A DNA stretch of 63,463 nt, the filler included, from an uncultured virus (IMG/VR IMGVR_UViG_2049941000_000142) (taxonomy: Duplodnaviria; Heunggongvirae; Uroviricota; Caudoviricetes). It is 13 parts of one record of this genome, joined end to end, with 100 filler letters (N's around TTAATTAATTAA, not from the genome) between each part and the next. Parts side by side here need not be neighbours in the genome. Positions count along the whole stretch, not along the records: positions 34,977 to 41,472 come from IMGVR_UViG_2049941000_000142; positions 41,573 to 44,737 come from IMGVR_UViG_2049941000_000142; positions 44,838 to 47,865 come from IMGVR_UViG_2049941000_000142; positions 47,966 to 59,276 come from IMGVR_UViG_2049941000_000142; 9 more parts are not named here. One strand, given 5' to 3'. Both the position numbers and the translations under genes were made by a program. How positions within the stretch are numbered: the stretch's first letter is position 1; every line of letters begins with the position of its first letter. Below, in pieces: positions 35,933 through 48,800 of this stretch. The notes under the pieces were generated by a model. The model was not told the DNA's origin. It made no database searches and saw nothing but the letters and a program-made list of their open reading frames with translations.

Positions 35933-36822
35933 CGTCTGAAGCTGAACCACAGAAGAAAGACTGGAGCGGATCGATAGGGTCTGATCCGGATGCGATCAAT
36001 AGGCTTCTTAATACGGATCAGTGGGCGCAGAATAACAAGGATCTTATGGCTGGTGCCGGTATTGACGGCGATGTGAATATCGGAAGAATCAACCACATCG
36101 ATACTGTCCAGGAAGAAGCTATGCTGAAGCAGATAACGGATGCTCAGAAAGAGCAGGCTGAGTTGAATGCGCAGCATACTGTAGAGACCGGAGTTAAAGA
36201 TCTTCAGCGTAACATGGAAGATATGCAGCCGGAGTTCCAGACAATGCGTGATCAGGTCGATACTGATGAGCAGAGAGCGCTTGACAATCAGGTTCTCTAC
36301 TCGGAAGCAAGAGGTGATCGTGGCGGTATCGGTGCGGCGCAGTACGGAGCCATACAGAATAACGCCGCTACTAACCGACTTACTGTGCAGAAACAGCAGA
36401 ATAAGTTAGCGAGTGATACCGCAAGACAGATAGCTGATTTACGTTCTCAGGGTGATTTTGAGAAAGCCAATCAGCTTTTAAGCATTACACAGAATTATTT
36501 AAGCCAGTTGATGGATCTGTTTACCTGGGCGAAGGAGACGAACCTTGGTATTGATGAGTTCAACTCTCAGATCGATCAGTGGGAAGAGAACTATAAGTTA
36601 AGTCTGCTTGGTGCAGAGATTGATGTGGCGAATGCTACAGGAGCGTTCAGCAACGGAACTCCGACATACGCTGCGTGGATGAAAGCGAGAGACGATCTGG
36701 CGGCATCCGGTCAGGCATTATTGCAGTCCGGTGTAGCACCCACGGCTGAACAGCTTGAAGCGATGGGTTGGACGAAAGACCAGGCTATAGCGTATCTCAG
36801 CAGGTATTTCCCCTATGTTTAA
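35933..36822 (+). CDS. Putative internal virion (ejection) protein, start in gap
   Basis: Q/A-rich helical protein with ARGDRGGIG, just upstream of the giant gene. Confidence 0.5.
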
Positions 36823-36845
36823 TTCTCTTTGAGGAGATGTAAAGA

Positions 36846-39800
36846 ATGGCGAAATTGTTCGATATTAACAGTATAAGGCAGAATATTTCCGGCAGCACAC
36901 CGGAACCGGCAAGTGTACCGACCCCTGCCCCAGCACCGCCGAAGTTAACTATTCCGAAGAATACACAGGAGCAGCCCCCTGCTCCTACCACACCCTCTGC
37001 TCCAAAGTTTACTATTCCTAAAAATAATGGAATGTCGGTTGACAGATCGAGGGTAAGTATTACTCCGGAAGAACTTACCTCTCGGTTAAAAGGCGCGAAT
37101 ATCCAGACTCCGTTCAAGTCTCCGGAGCAGAAAGCAGAATCTGCAAAGCCGGTTAATCCGTTCAGGCCATATGTGAATCCGGATACCAAGGCTTCTATGA
37201 GAGAGATCCCTGCGTTTCAGAGGAACACAGCAAGCTGGCTGAATATTGAGGGAACTACCGGAACATCACGTAATCGTCCTAATGGGAAGATGTACGACTG
37301 GATTGACTATACCGATGAGAATGGTAACCAGGTTTCCGGTATGTGGAGTTGGTGGGATGACAACGGCAAGAGATTCAATGCCGTATCTTCCTTTGCCCAG
37401 GATGGTCAGTGGCATGACAGATCTTCCATGCGTGGTTATATGCAGGAAGCCGCAAACCTCTACTATGACTATGACGAGATGGCTGACTACATGACCGGAA
37501 TTATCCGTGACATGGAGAACACTATCAAGACAACGAAGTATGAGACAGAAGCTGCGAAGAAAGCTGACGAAGCTTACCTTGCTTCCATGCGGACTAACCT
37601 TGATGGTGCAAAGGCTCTGCGTGATTCTTCCAGAAAACTCTATGACTATATGTCCACGCAGAACGAATACATGGATGCCTACGATGACTACCATGTGAAA
37701 GACGCTTCTGACTCAAAGAACTATTCTGAGACATATACCTCCGCTGAGTATGGAGAAATCCCCGGCGGTCGTACACCGGAAGATTGGGATATCGTTATTG
37801 AGTCACTGAACGATGAACTCGACAGAATGCCGGAAGACAGTCCGAATGGCGTTTTAACACGCGCTCGTGAGGAGAAGAAGAGACAGCTTGTAATAGCTGA
37901 GTATGCAAGGGGCAAGGCAGCCGAAGAGAAGGAACAGATAGAGAAAGACAACCTCGGTCTGATGCTTGGTCGTGAGTACTATAATGTGAGTGACGCTAAA
38001 GGCTGGCGTAACATCGAGACAGATTTGCAGACACAGCTTGACGCTATTCCNNNNNNNNNNNNNNNNNNNNNNNNNNNNNNNNNNNNNNNNNNNNNNNNNN
38101 NNNNNNNNNNNNNNNNNNNNNNNNNNNNNNNNNNNNNNNNTGTTCAGGATCGCCTTGACTATGTGCATGACTTCGTTAAAGCCGGTGAGTACAAGGACTT
38201 CTATGATAAATGGAAAGATGTTTCAGACGATGAACTCATCCGCCGTATCATGGAGCTTGGGGCAGATCCGGAAAAAACCGAAGCAGATATTAAGCCTGTT
38301 GAGACAAACTCCGGGTCAGTTGATGCTCAGATCGAGGAACTTCAGAGCAAGCTTGAAAGACTTGACAGCACTTCACAGGAGTATCTTGATACAGCGAAAC
38401 AGCTTAAGGAACTTCGCGCTACAAGTGAAGCGGATAAAGCGAAAGCTGAAGAAGAGAAAGCAAAGGCGGAAACTCCGGCAGAGAAGACTCCGGCTGAACT
38501 TCGTGCGGAGAAAGAGGAAGCAGAGCGTAAACAGCTTGAACTCGACGCCATCTCCTACATCCGTGACATCCGTCTGATGACCGGATCGTCTAAAGCATTT
38601 GAGGATTATAAGAAAGCTAACCCCGGTGCTACAGCAGCTGATTGGGTTGAGAGCGTAAAGGCAAATGCCGACGAGAAAGAAGCCTTGCTGGTTAAAGCGG
38701 AAGATGCCGCAGCGGATGCCGAAGAGGATATGCACAAGCTTCGCTCCCGTCTTGACGANNNNNNNNNNAAGCCTGGGCGGATGCCTATTCCGAGTTCGAT
38801 ATGACACAGCAGCCTGACTATAAGGATAAGGTTAAGGAAGGCTGGAAGATAATGGGGTCTGCGGAAGATCTTAAGAATCTTCTTCAGGATGTACGTGATC
38901 TGGTTACTTCAATTGGTACTGATACCTATGAAGAAGTAGAACTTACTCCGGAGCAGGAAGAGAGAGCGAGAGAACTTATTCTGTCGATCAATCCGAATGT
39001 GACAGAGAAACAGATGGGGCCGCTCATTGCCGACTATGCGAAGAAGACATATGGTCGTGTTACTAATGATGTAAGGGCGATGAGGCTTCTTACGGACTAT
39101 GGGTTTAGCGAGGAAGACGCCCAGTCGATGATTGATAAGCTGAAGGTCGGTGGCAATGACGAGAAGATTCTCGATGCTCTGACGCCGTTTGTCGTTGACG
39201 ATGGTAAGATGTCTTTCTCTGAAATGATGGACTCTGTCTGGAAACCAATAGCCGCTACCGGAATTGAGAAAGGCGAGTTCTCTCCCGAACAGCTTAGTAA
39301 CTACTATTATATATTAGCGACAGAGGGTTTGTCTGCTGCAACAGACTACGCTCTTAAAGTAAATAACCAGCTTACTTCTGGCTATCGTGATGAGATGCGG
39401 AAGAAGATGGCGCTTCTTAATGACTACCGGGCAGATCATTCTACCGGATTTGAAAAGGGTCTTCAGTACGTAGCTACTCCTTGGGTAACAGGACTGATGA
39501 ATCTTACCGGAATAGCTGATACGTTTAAGTACATGGGTCAGGTCGGTCATCTTGGAAATACCATACTGTCCGAAGCACCTTCTTTGTCAGAAGCCGCCGA
39601 TTGGATTACACAGGATGTTAACCGCCAGCTTGTAAGAGACGGAGCATCCCAGTTTGTTTTGCTTATTAATAACGCTTACGGAAGTGCCGTACAGAGCTAT
39701 GAAGCTATGACGGCTGGCGGGTATCTCGCAAAGTTCCTTGGCATTAACGAAAGTGTCGTTCTGAACCTCGGTGGTAAATACGGAAAGAGCGCTCACGAAC

Positions 39801-42800
39801 TTATAACCACCGCTTTTACTGATGCGGCATTCTTTGGTTCTGCCGCTGCAAGCCGATACAGAGAACTCACAGATCGTGGAGTTGCTCCGGAAAAGGCAAT
39901 GAATTCTGCTATATCGGCCGGCCTGTGCGAAGCTATTTTCGAACATCTGTCCATTGAGACCTTGTACCACGCTAAAGATGTTGCGGACTTTACCGGAATA
40001 GGTGATGTTGTTCTGTCAACGATTATCGGCTCAGGCATTGAGGGTTCTGAAGAAGTATGTACAGAACTGGCTAACTTCATCTGCGACAAGATTATACTTG
40101 GCATAGAGGGCGATTTCTTCCAGTCTATCGAAGCCTATAAAGATATGGGTATGTCCGAGGACGAAGCGTGGGGGAAAGCAGTTAAAGACTTTGCCAGCCA
40201 AGTCGGTGAAGCCGGTCTTTCCGGTTTCATATCCGGCGGTATGTCCATTAGTCTGCGTACTACCGGTGCATACGCACGGGAGATGTTGAGCGTAAAGGAC
40301 TACAATAGGGCGCGTGGTGACACGTATCTGAAGCATCAGTATGCCGATGGTAAGAACGGCGGACAGGCTCTTGGCGAGTTTCTTTCCTCTTATAAGTTCT
40401 TTGATGAAATAGACAGCGGGAACTATACCGAGACACAGCACGAGGTATTCGACACAATTAAGAATCTCGCTGATAAAGCTTCAAGAGGAATCGCTTCTGC
40501 TGAAGAGGTTGGCCGTCTAGTTTCCCTCGCAGACAGTATTGATCAGAAGATCATAGATGACTTTATCCAGGCTAACAAAGACTACGCTTGGCAGACAGAT
40601 CCGGTTAGAGCATCTCGGGTTGCAAAGAATGATCTGGACGCTTTGCTTGGTGTGGATAAGGCTAACGCTTATCTCCAGGCTGTCGGTAATAATCCGGACG
40701 CATTCGTTGTAGATGATTTCTACAAAGGAATGATCGACGCCGGAACTACCATGACTAAGGATGGCATTAATACTACTGAATCGTTCTTACAGCAGGTGCT
40801 TACCGGAAACGGACAGTTAAGTGCGGAAGCTATTGCAGATGAAGTAAAGAACCTTACAGATCCGAAAGCACAGCTTTACATCCTTGAGTTCTTAAGAAGT
40901 CATCAGCAACAGGGCGCTGCTCAGGCAGCTGCACAGGCAGAGGATGTCAATCAGCCGTTTGACTTCGTTATAGATGAGAGTCTTACCCAAGAGGATATTC
41001 AGTCAAAAGAAGGATCGGAAAACCTCGCAGAGGTTCTTACCAGAACCCTGACAGCTACATGGGATCGTGCGGTAAAAGCCGCTTCGGATTTCATGGTAAT
41101 GAATCAGTCCTTTGCCAAACTGCAGGAGATGGCTCAGGAGACTTTGAAGCAGGATGCGAGGACGGAAGGGACAGCAGCTTTTGCGGAGTCAGAATCAGAT
41201 GAGACCACACCTGCGTTGTCAGATTTTAGGGATGACGGAGACAGCGTAACATTCCGTGGTAAGAAGTTTAATCGTAAAGAGTATGTGGCTTCTGTTATGG
41301 AAGGTAAAGATCCGTTCTCCGGTGAGACGGTAGAAAATACTACTGAGGAGTGGGCTAACAAATCCTTCGATGCTCTGCTTGAGAGGGCATCTGACGAGAG
41401 TTTCGGCAAGAGCGATGAGATGTCTGCCGAGATGGTAAACTTCGATCTGGCAAAGCATACGCCCAAGGAAAANNNNNNNNNNNNNNNNNNNNNNNNNNNN
41501 NNNNNNNNNNNNNNNNTTAATTAATTAANNNNNNNNNNNNNNNNNNNNNNNNNNNNNNNNNNNNNNNNNNNNTCGAAGATACCGATGCAGCAGAACATTC
41601 TGCACGAGTATGTTCACCATATGCTGGGCAAACTCGCTCCTCAGAACAGAGCGTCATTCCTTCGCAACGCTATGAACGTGCTGTTCCGCGGTCGGCAGGA
41701 TCTGTTTGAAGCGGTATATAATACCTACCTTGACGATTATGTAAAAGCCTATAACCTGACGCTTGATGCTGACGGCAAACTCTCTCCGGAGCAGGCTCTT
41801 GATATCTACGAAGAAATCGTTGCGGATATGCATGGCATGATCCCAAGGTTTACTGCCGCCCAGGATGAGAAGCTTAATGNNNNNNNNNNCTGGTTGATAT
41901 GCGTGGCAGACTTCTTCGCTACATGGAACTCTCCGGTCTTGAGGATTACTCAAGAGAGAAATGGATAGGCGAGGATCATCAGGGATTGACTCACTATGAT
42001 GTCGAGGACTTTGTCGGAACACGTTCTGCTATGGGCGGAGTTGTAGAGGGTAAAGCTGTTTCGCCGCAGGTAGCTACAGAAACCGGAATGCTGGTGGATG
42101 CGATTGAAGTGCCGAATGGCGATACCGGAACACCTGAAATCATGAACGTGTCCGGTGATAGGAATTTGAGCGGTAAGGCATCAATCGCGCCGGAGTATGA
42201 AGCCACTCCGAAGCAGAGCATTAAGGTCAACAACAGTTCTGTAACGAAGAAGACTCTTACGGATAAGAAAGGTAATCTTGTTAATCGGACTGTCCGTGAA
42301 GTACGTGATGAAGCTTTCCATAAGAACAGAGAGTTTATGGCGGAGCAGGGAGAAGCCGGAATAAGGAAGTTCAATTCCTTCCTTGATAAGGTAGCTGACT
42401 GGCTTACCAATACGGCNNNNNNNNNNNNNNNNNNNNNNNNNNNNNNNNNNNNNNNNNNNNNNNNNNNNNNNNNNNNNNNNNNNNNNNNNNNNNNNNNNNN
42501 NNNNNNNNNNNNNNNNNNNNNNNNNNNNNNNNNNNNNNNNNNNNNNNNNNNNNNNNNNNNNNNNNNNNNNNNNNNNNNNNNNNNNNNNNNNNNNNNNNNN
42601 NNNNNNNNNNNNNNNNNNNNNNNNNNNNNNNNNNNNNNNNNNNNNNNNNNNNNNNNNNNNNNNNNNNNNNNNNNNNNNNNNNNNNNNNNNNNNNNNNNNN
42701 NNNNNNNNNNNNNNNNNNNNNNNNNNNNNNNNNNNNNNNNNNNNNNNNNNNNNNNNNNNNNNNNNNNNNNNNNNNNNNNNNNNNNNNNNNNNNNNNNNNN

Positions 42801-45800
42801 NNNNNNNNNNNNNNNNNNNNNNNNNNNNNNNNNNNNNNNNNNNNNNNNNNNNNNNNNNNNNNNNNNNNNNNNNNNNNNNNNNNNNNNNNNNNNNNNNNNN
42901 NNNNNNNNNNNNNNNNNNNNNNNNNNNNNNNNNNNNNNNNNNNNNNNNNNNNNNNNNNNNNNNNNNNNNNNNNNNNNNNNNNNNNNNNNNNNNNNNNNNN
43001 NNNNNNNNNNNNNNNNNNNNNNNNNNNNNNNNNNNNNNNNNNNNNNNNNNNNNNNNNNNNNNNNNNNNNNNNNNNNNNNNNNNNNNNNNNNNNNNNNNNN
43101 NNNNNNNNNNCTGGCGTAACAGAATGTACGCTACTGACTATTACACAATTCTCGGAGGGTTAACGTATGACGGGAGATCGAGTACAGATAGAAACACCGA
43201 GCGGACAGGTGATGTGGGTGACGCCGGAAGCAGCAGAACGGATGTCAACACTTCCGCCGACAGAACAGGCACAACTGAGGGAGCAGGCGTCAAAACGGAA
43301 AGACGCACTGCTAGAAGCGTTGAACAAGTACTATCCGAAGCAGGATTAAAGCTTAAAGGTACTGTTGCCCTCGACACCGCAACGGTTACAGCGAGGGATA
43401 TATACAATGACAAGTCGCTTCCAAGAAGTGTAAAGACCGCAATACTCCATGCTTTGCGTAACGGCGTAAGCCGGGTGCTTATTACAGACGGAACACTTCA
43501 GAACGAGTCCGGTCAGAACATCGGTGGTTATACACACGCTACAAAAGAGAACGGCATTGACCGTTCTATTTTTATANNNNNNNNNNTTCTTCCGGCTCTA
43601 CCTTCTTGAACTTCGGACGAATGATCTCCGGCTCTTCTCCGGCATCCGCTGTTGGGGGGTCATCAAACGTGATGCCTTTCGCCGTATAGTACTTCGCAAA
43701 CAGATTCCAAATNNNNNNNNNNCTAAGAAGAACACTCCTAAAGGCAGGAACAAAGCGGAGTTGAAAGCGGATAAGGCTGCTGGTGGAGAGTCGAAGAAGA
43801 CTACTCCAAAGAAGACAGAGCCGAAGAATATTCCGGCTAAGAAGAACCTTCCTAAAGGAAAGAACAAGGCGGAAGAAAAAGCTGATACCGCCGCCGGAAG
43901 TACGGAAGAGACTACAACTCCGGTAGAAACCGCACCGAAGACTGACGAAGCTACAGAACTCACCGGAGAGGAACTCGCCCTTGCACAGAAAGAAGATCTG
44001 GACCGTATTGAGCGTGAGTTCAGAGACGAGATGGGCGAGACTTCTGAAGAAGTTCCTACCGTTGAAGAACTCAGAGATCAGGAGATCGAGTCGGAAACAG
44101 ACGAGGGGGAAACCTCTTTCGGAACTACAGAGGGAAGCACGACCAGGACATGGGATGATACATTCCAGCTTGACGGCGAGAGTATTACGAGAGCGGAGTT
44201 TGTTCAGTCATATATGTCCGGTACAGATCCTCTTACCGGAGAAGACACATATCCCCTGACTCAGGCACAGGCGAATGCGGCATTCGACAGAACCTATGCC
44301 TATGCTATGCAGCAGGGCGGATCTATCGATGGTGACGGAAGTTACTCCACAGACGCAAATGTTAAGACGGGTGTTGTATCTGATGTCCGTCAGCTTGCTC
44401 TTGAGAACGAACTCAATGCTCTGGAATCCATTCTTAAGAATAAGAAAGAAGCCGGAGACACTATCGGAAGAGGTCTGCTTCAGAAGATTGACTATGCCAG
44501 AAAGAGAATTCAGGACGCACTTGGCAGACAGATCACGAGACTTGGCTCTGATGTAGAGTCCAGGCGGAAAGAACTTAATGACCAGCTTAAGGCTATCGAC
44601 AGCCGTATGAACCAGATCCGACAGTACATTAAGAACAAAGCTGTTGGGTCTCTTATTTTCAATAAGGAACTCGACGGTCTCAAAGCCAAGAGACGGGATG
44701 TTAAGGCAAAGCTGACCAGCCTGAATAACGCTGTAGCNNNNNNNNNNNNNNNNNNNNNNNNNNNNNNNNNNNNNNNNNNNNTTAATTAATTAANNNNNNN
44801 NNNNNNNNNNNNNNNNNNNNNNNNNNNNNNNNNNNNNAAACGGAATGGGTGCAGTCCTTCCCCTATAAAGACGCTGTCAGAATTCAGAACACTCCTGTAT
44901 ACAGCAAGAACACCGGAACGATTGGCGTAAGCCATTCCTACTGGCATACGATGTGGATGCTGGCTGACCCGGAGATTCGTCAGGTGATTGGCTACCACTC
45001 CTCAAGTTACCCAGGAGAGATCAAGAATCTTACGCATCTTAATCTGTCTGCTGACTATACCGATGTGCAGAACAATGTGAAGATAGTTGGTATAGCAAGA
45101 CCTAATTACGAGATTCCGGATGGAACTCCGAGCTATGCTACAGAACCGGGCAACGCCAAGAAGCTGTCCGGAGATGCCAAGAGGATTGCTCTTGCAGAGG
45201 ATGAAGTACGGAAGATCTTCGGTGAATATGCGAATGGTGCTACGGTTGATATCAGCAAAATGCTGAAGAATGCTGTGGCTGATAAGAATAACAGAGGTAA
45301 GAGCAAAGGACAGATTGCTTCTGAAGTAATGCAGAACTTCCTCAATACTCTTAATGACAACGGCTTAACCCTGATCACTACAAAAGCCGAAGCCGGCCAC
45401 GGCTCCTTTAAACTCTATGATGATGTAGAGCAGACGCAGAATCCTTATGAGACTATGGACAACTATATTGCCTATAATCTCACAAAAGGCAATCTCCCTG
45501 CGTTCTACGAGTTCTCTACCGATCCTAACTACTACAAGCTGATCTTTGACTTCAATATGTTCGACCGTCTGTCCTACAATCCGGAAACAGGACTCTATGA
45601 AACCTACGCTCCACAGGAGGCTGTTAAGGTTCTGGACGAGAATGGTGAACTGTTGTTCCCCAATAAGGGCGATATCATTGATATGCTTGACCACTATGCC
45701 ACACAGTACGATATCGAGCAACATAAGGTGTACGATTTCATTAATGCGGAAAGCACAATGGACTACGTAAGACAGGTTACCGGAGTAAAGGCGAGTGTTG

Positions 45801-48800
45801 ACTCTGATGGAATCGAGTTGTCTAGACAGCAACAGAACTACTTCGCAGACTCTAAGGTAAGAGACTCTCACGGAAGGCTTATTCCTATGTATCATGGCGG
45901 ATCGACTCTCGGCTATACAGTAATAGACTTCTCTAAAACAGACGATGGCATATCCTACTTCATGACCGATAGTCCTTATGTAGCTGCGTCCTATAGCGGG
46001 TCTGACGAAGTTCGTTCTCTGATGAGGGATAAAGAGGAGAATAGCCAGTCTGTCTATGATGGATACGAACTCCTTCAAAAGCATCCGATCAGTATGACAG
46101 ACGAGGAACTTGCCAGGGGTTACGAACTAGCATCTAAAGTGCTGGATGGGAAAGATATTACCGGAGAAGTTTCGGTAGTGCCGTTTGAGAAAGCACTGAA
46201 TGATATTGACACGGATTTACGTAAACGCTTTAAGGCCGCTACCGATTATTACAACGACGATATAGACCATGAGCAACTTAAAAACGCAATCTACGCTGGT
46301 TATTATGAAGAAATAGAGAAGAATCTTGCCGACATTGGCGACATNNNNNNNNNNTTCACTCACTCTACAGCGAACAAGCGGCTTGGCAAGAACTTAGCCG
46401 AGAAAAAACTCAGATCTGCTACCAACCTTGCAGAACTGGTCGCTATAGCACAGAACGCCACAACAGAATCTACACGGCACACAGACAATAAGGACGCTGT
46501 CAGTACGGTACGCTACACATCTACCTTTGCTTTCCCTGTGTGGAATCCGGGCAGAACAAAGCTGGAGAACGTAAGGGCGTATGACTGCGAACTCATTATG
46601 AACCTCGGTTCAGACGGCAAGTACTATCTGTATGATGTTCCGGTAATAAAAGAAAACACCGCATCAGCGATTGCTATTCTTAACGAAAAGCAAGGGGCTG
46701 CGACGAACGCAGCAGGCCAATACGGTGTTTCTGCGGATAGTATAGCAAACACCGAGCAGAAAGTCAATACGCAAAATTCTGCACAGGGCAGAGCGAGTGT
46801 CGAGACAGCAGCGGCTGGCGGCTTCTCTGCATGGGTAAATAGTCTGAAGACAACTCCAACCGCAGAAGATTTCAGAAGCTACTTTGAATCTCATNNNNNN
46901 NNNNGGAATTAATACCCAGTGTCTGATCTGCTTCGTGGAGACAAAACGCTACAATCAGACAAAGCAGTTTGCGGAATTCACAGAACTGTGGAACAACGAA
47001 GTAAAGAAGTACACTGACGGCTGGCGGGGATCTCGCNNNNNNNNNNAATTCCGTTATCTGAACTTCGAAGACATTAACAATGCCACTCTTAAAGTTGATC
47101 CGGTAAGCAACCAGTTAATCCTTACTTCTATGGTTAAGAATGGTGACTATGCCGTCAACATAGACTTCGGTACTATATGCGAACGCAGACAGGCGCTCCA
47201 GACAATCATGAACGAATTGCTTGAGGGTGCAAGTTATGACGAGAACGGTATTAAAACCGTTCAGCTTAATGCGAAGTCCATCCACAAAATCAANNNNNNN
47301 NNNNNNNNNNNNNNNNNNNNNNNNNNNNNNNNNNNNNNNNNNNNNNNNNNNNNNNNNNNNNNNNNNNNNNNNNNNNNNNNNNNNNNNNNNNNNNNNNNNN
47401 NNNNNNGTGCCGCTCCGAAGCCGGTATATGGATACATTCCGTATAACGGCGAGATCGAGGGTATGTACAAGCAGACGAGGAAAGACGAAAAAGAAGAACA
47501 GGCCCATCAGAGACTTAGAGATTACATGAAGTCTATCGCCGGAGTTCGTTCGCAGTCCTTCTCCGACTTCATTATTACCCATGTGTTCGACCATCTCCAG
47601 AAGACCGGCGGTATGGCGGCTATGGGTTTTCCGGGGCATACCTACACCAAGGTTCTTGCACGAGCAGAACTGTTTGGGTTAACAGGCGAGAAGATCAATA
47701 TGTCCTTACTGTTTGATATCGATCCGAACGTGAACTCCTGGTATGCAGGACTCAGCGAGGAGACACAGGATATCGACTTTAGCGAGGGCAGCGGAAGACT
47801 TGGTGTAGAGAACGCAAGGAATCGTCCGTACAACTTCTCCGACTATCAGGCAAGGATGGAAGAGANNNNNNNNNNNNNNNNNNNNNNNNNNNNNNNNNNN
47901 NNNNNNNNNTTAATTAATTAANNNNNNNNNNNNNNNNNNNNNNNNNNNNNNNNNNNNNNNNNNNNTAGCTTTGGTGTATGGAAGAATTACGTTGAGGGCT
48001 CTGCTGTTAATCTTCCGTGGTATATTTCAGACCACAATGACACATGGTACAAGAGTTGTGCAAGGGAATTTAACGATATCCTGGATGAAGCTATTAAGTC
48101 CTACCTTAATAAAGACTCCGCAACAGAGGACACGGCTCTTACGGATCAGGAGATCGAGAAGCTGAGACCAGATCTTGTTAATGCCATCAGTGCTATTCAG
48201 GACAGAGACAGCAATGGGAAGCTTCTTGATGAGAAGCTGTTCGATAAGACTCTTGAGTCTCTTCAGTGGCTTTNNNNNNNNNNCTCAGAAGAAAACAATA
48301 CGTACAGAACTTGAAAAGATGCTGTCCGGTATTGATGACAGGCAGGCTCTGCGGTATATGAGTGCGTACAGTAAGTATGCTACTCCGGCTTTTGTCGGGA
48401 GAGACTATAAGCAAATCCAGAAAGAGAAGTCTGCACAGAGACTGTTCGCCAATACGATTGAAGCCAGACGGGATGCTATAAACAAAGAGGCCGGTCTGAG
48501 TACAAATGTAGGTCTTGAAGTGCGCGAGTACAGCATCAATGAAATGAGAGATCTGTTTGATCAGCTTAACACAGAGCCGGATCTTACCGCTCTCGCAGAT
48601 AAAGTATTCCCAGTTGTCGAGAAACTCGGTCTTACTATCCGTGGCGCACAGGCGAAAAATTTCGGTTCCGGTGCGATTGGTCAGGCTTATGGATCAGTTG
48701 TAGAATACAACACCGCTAAGTTTAACGGCCTTGGGGATACAGATCAGTATAAGGCAACCGCCATTCTGCATGAACTTATTCATGGCGCTACATCCTACGC

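Noticed and set aside
43586..43712. Near-copy of ~3474-3598 with five substitutions, considered as a TR/VR pair
   Set aside because: Changes go both ways, are not adenine-specific and are mostly synonymous; this is a misplaced strain-variant contig.
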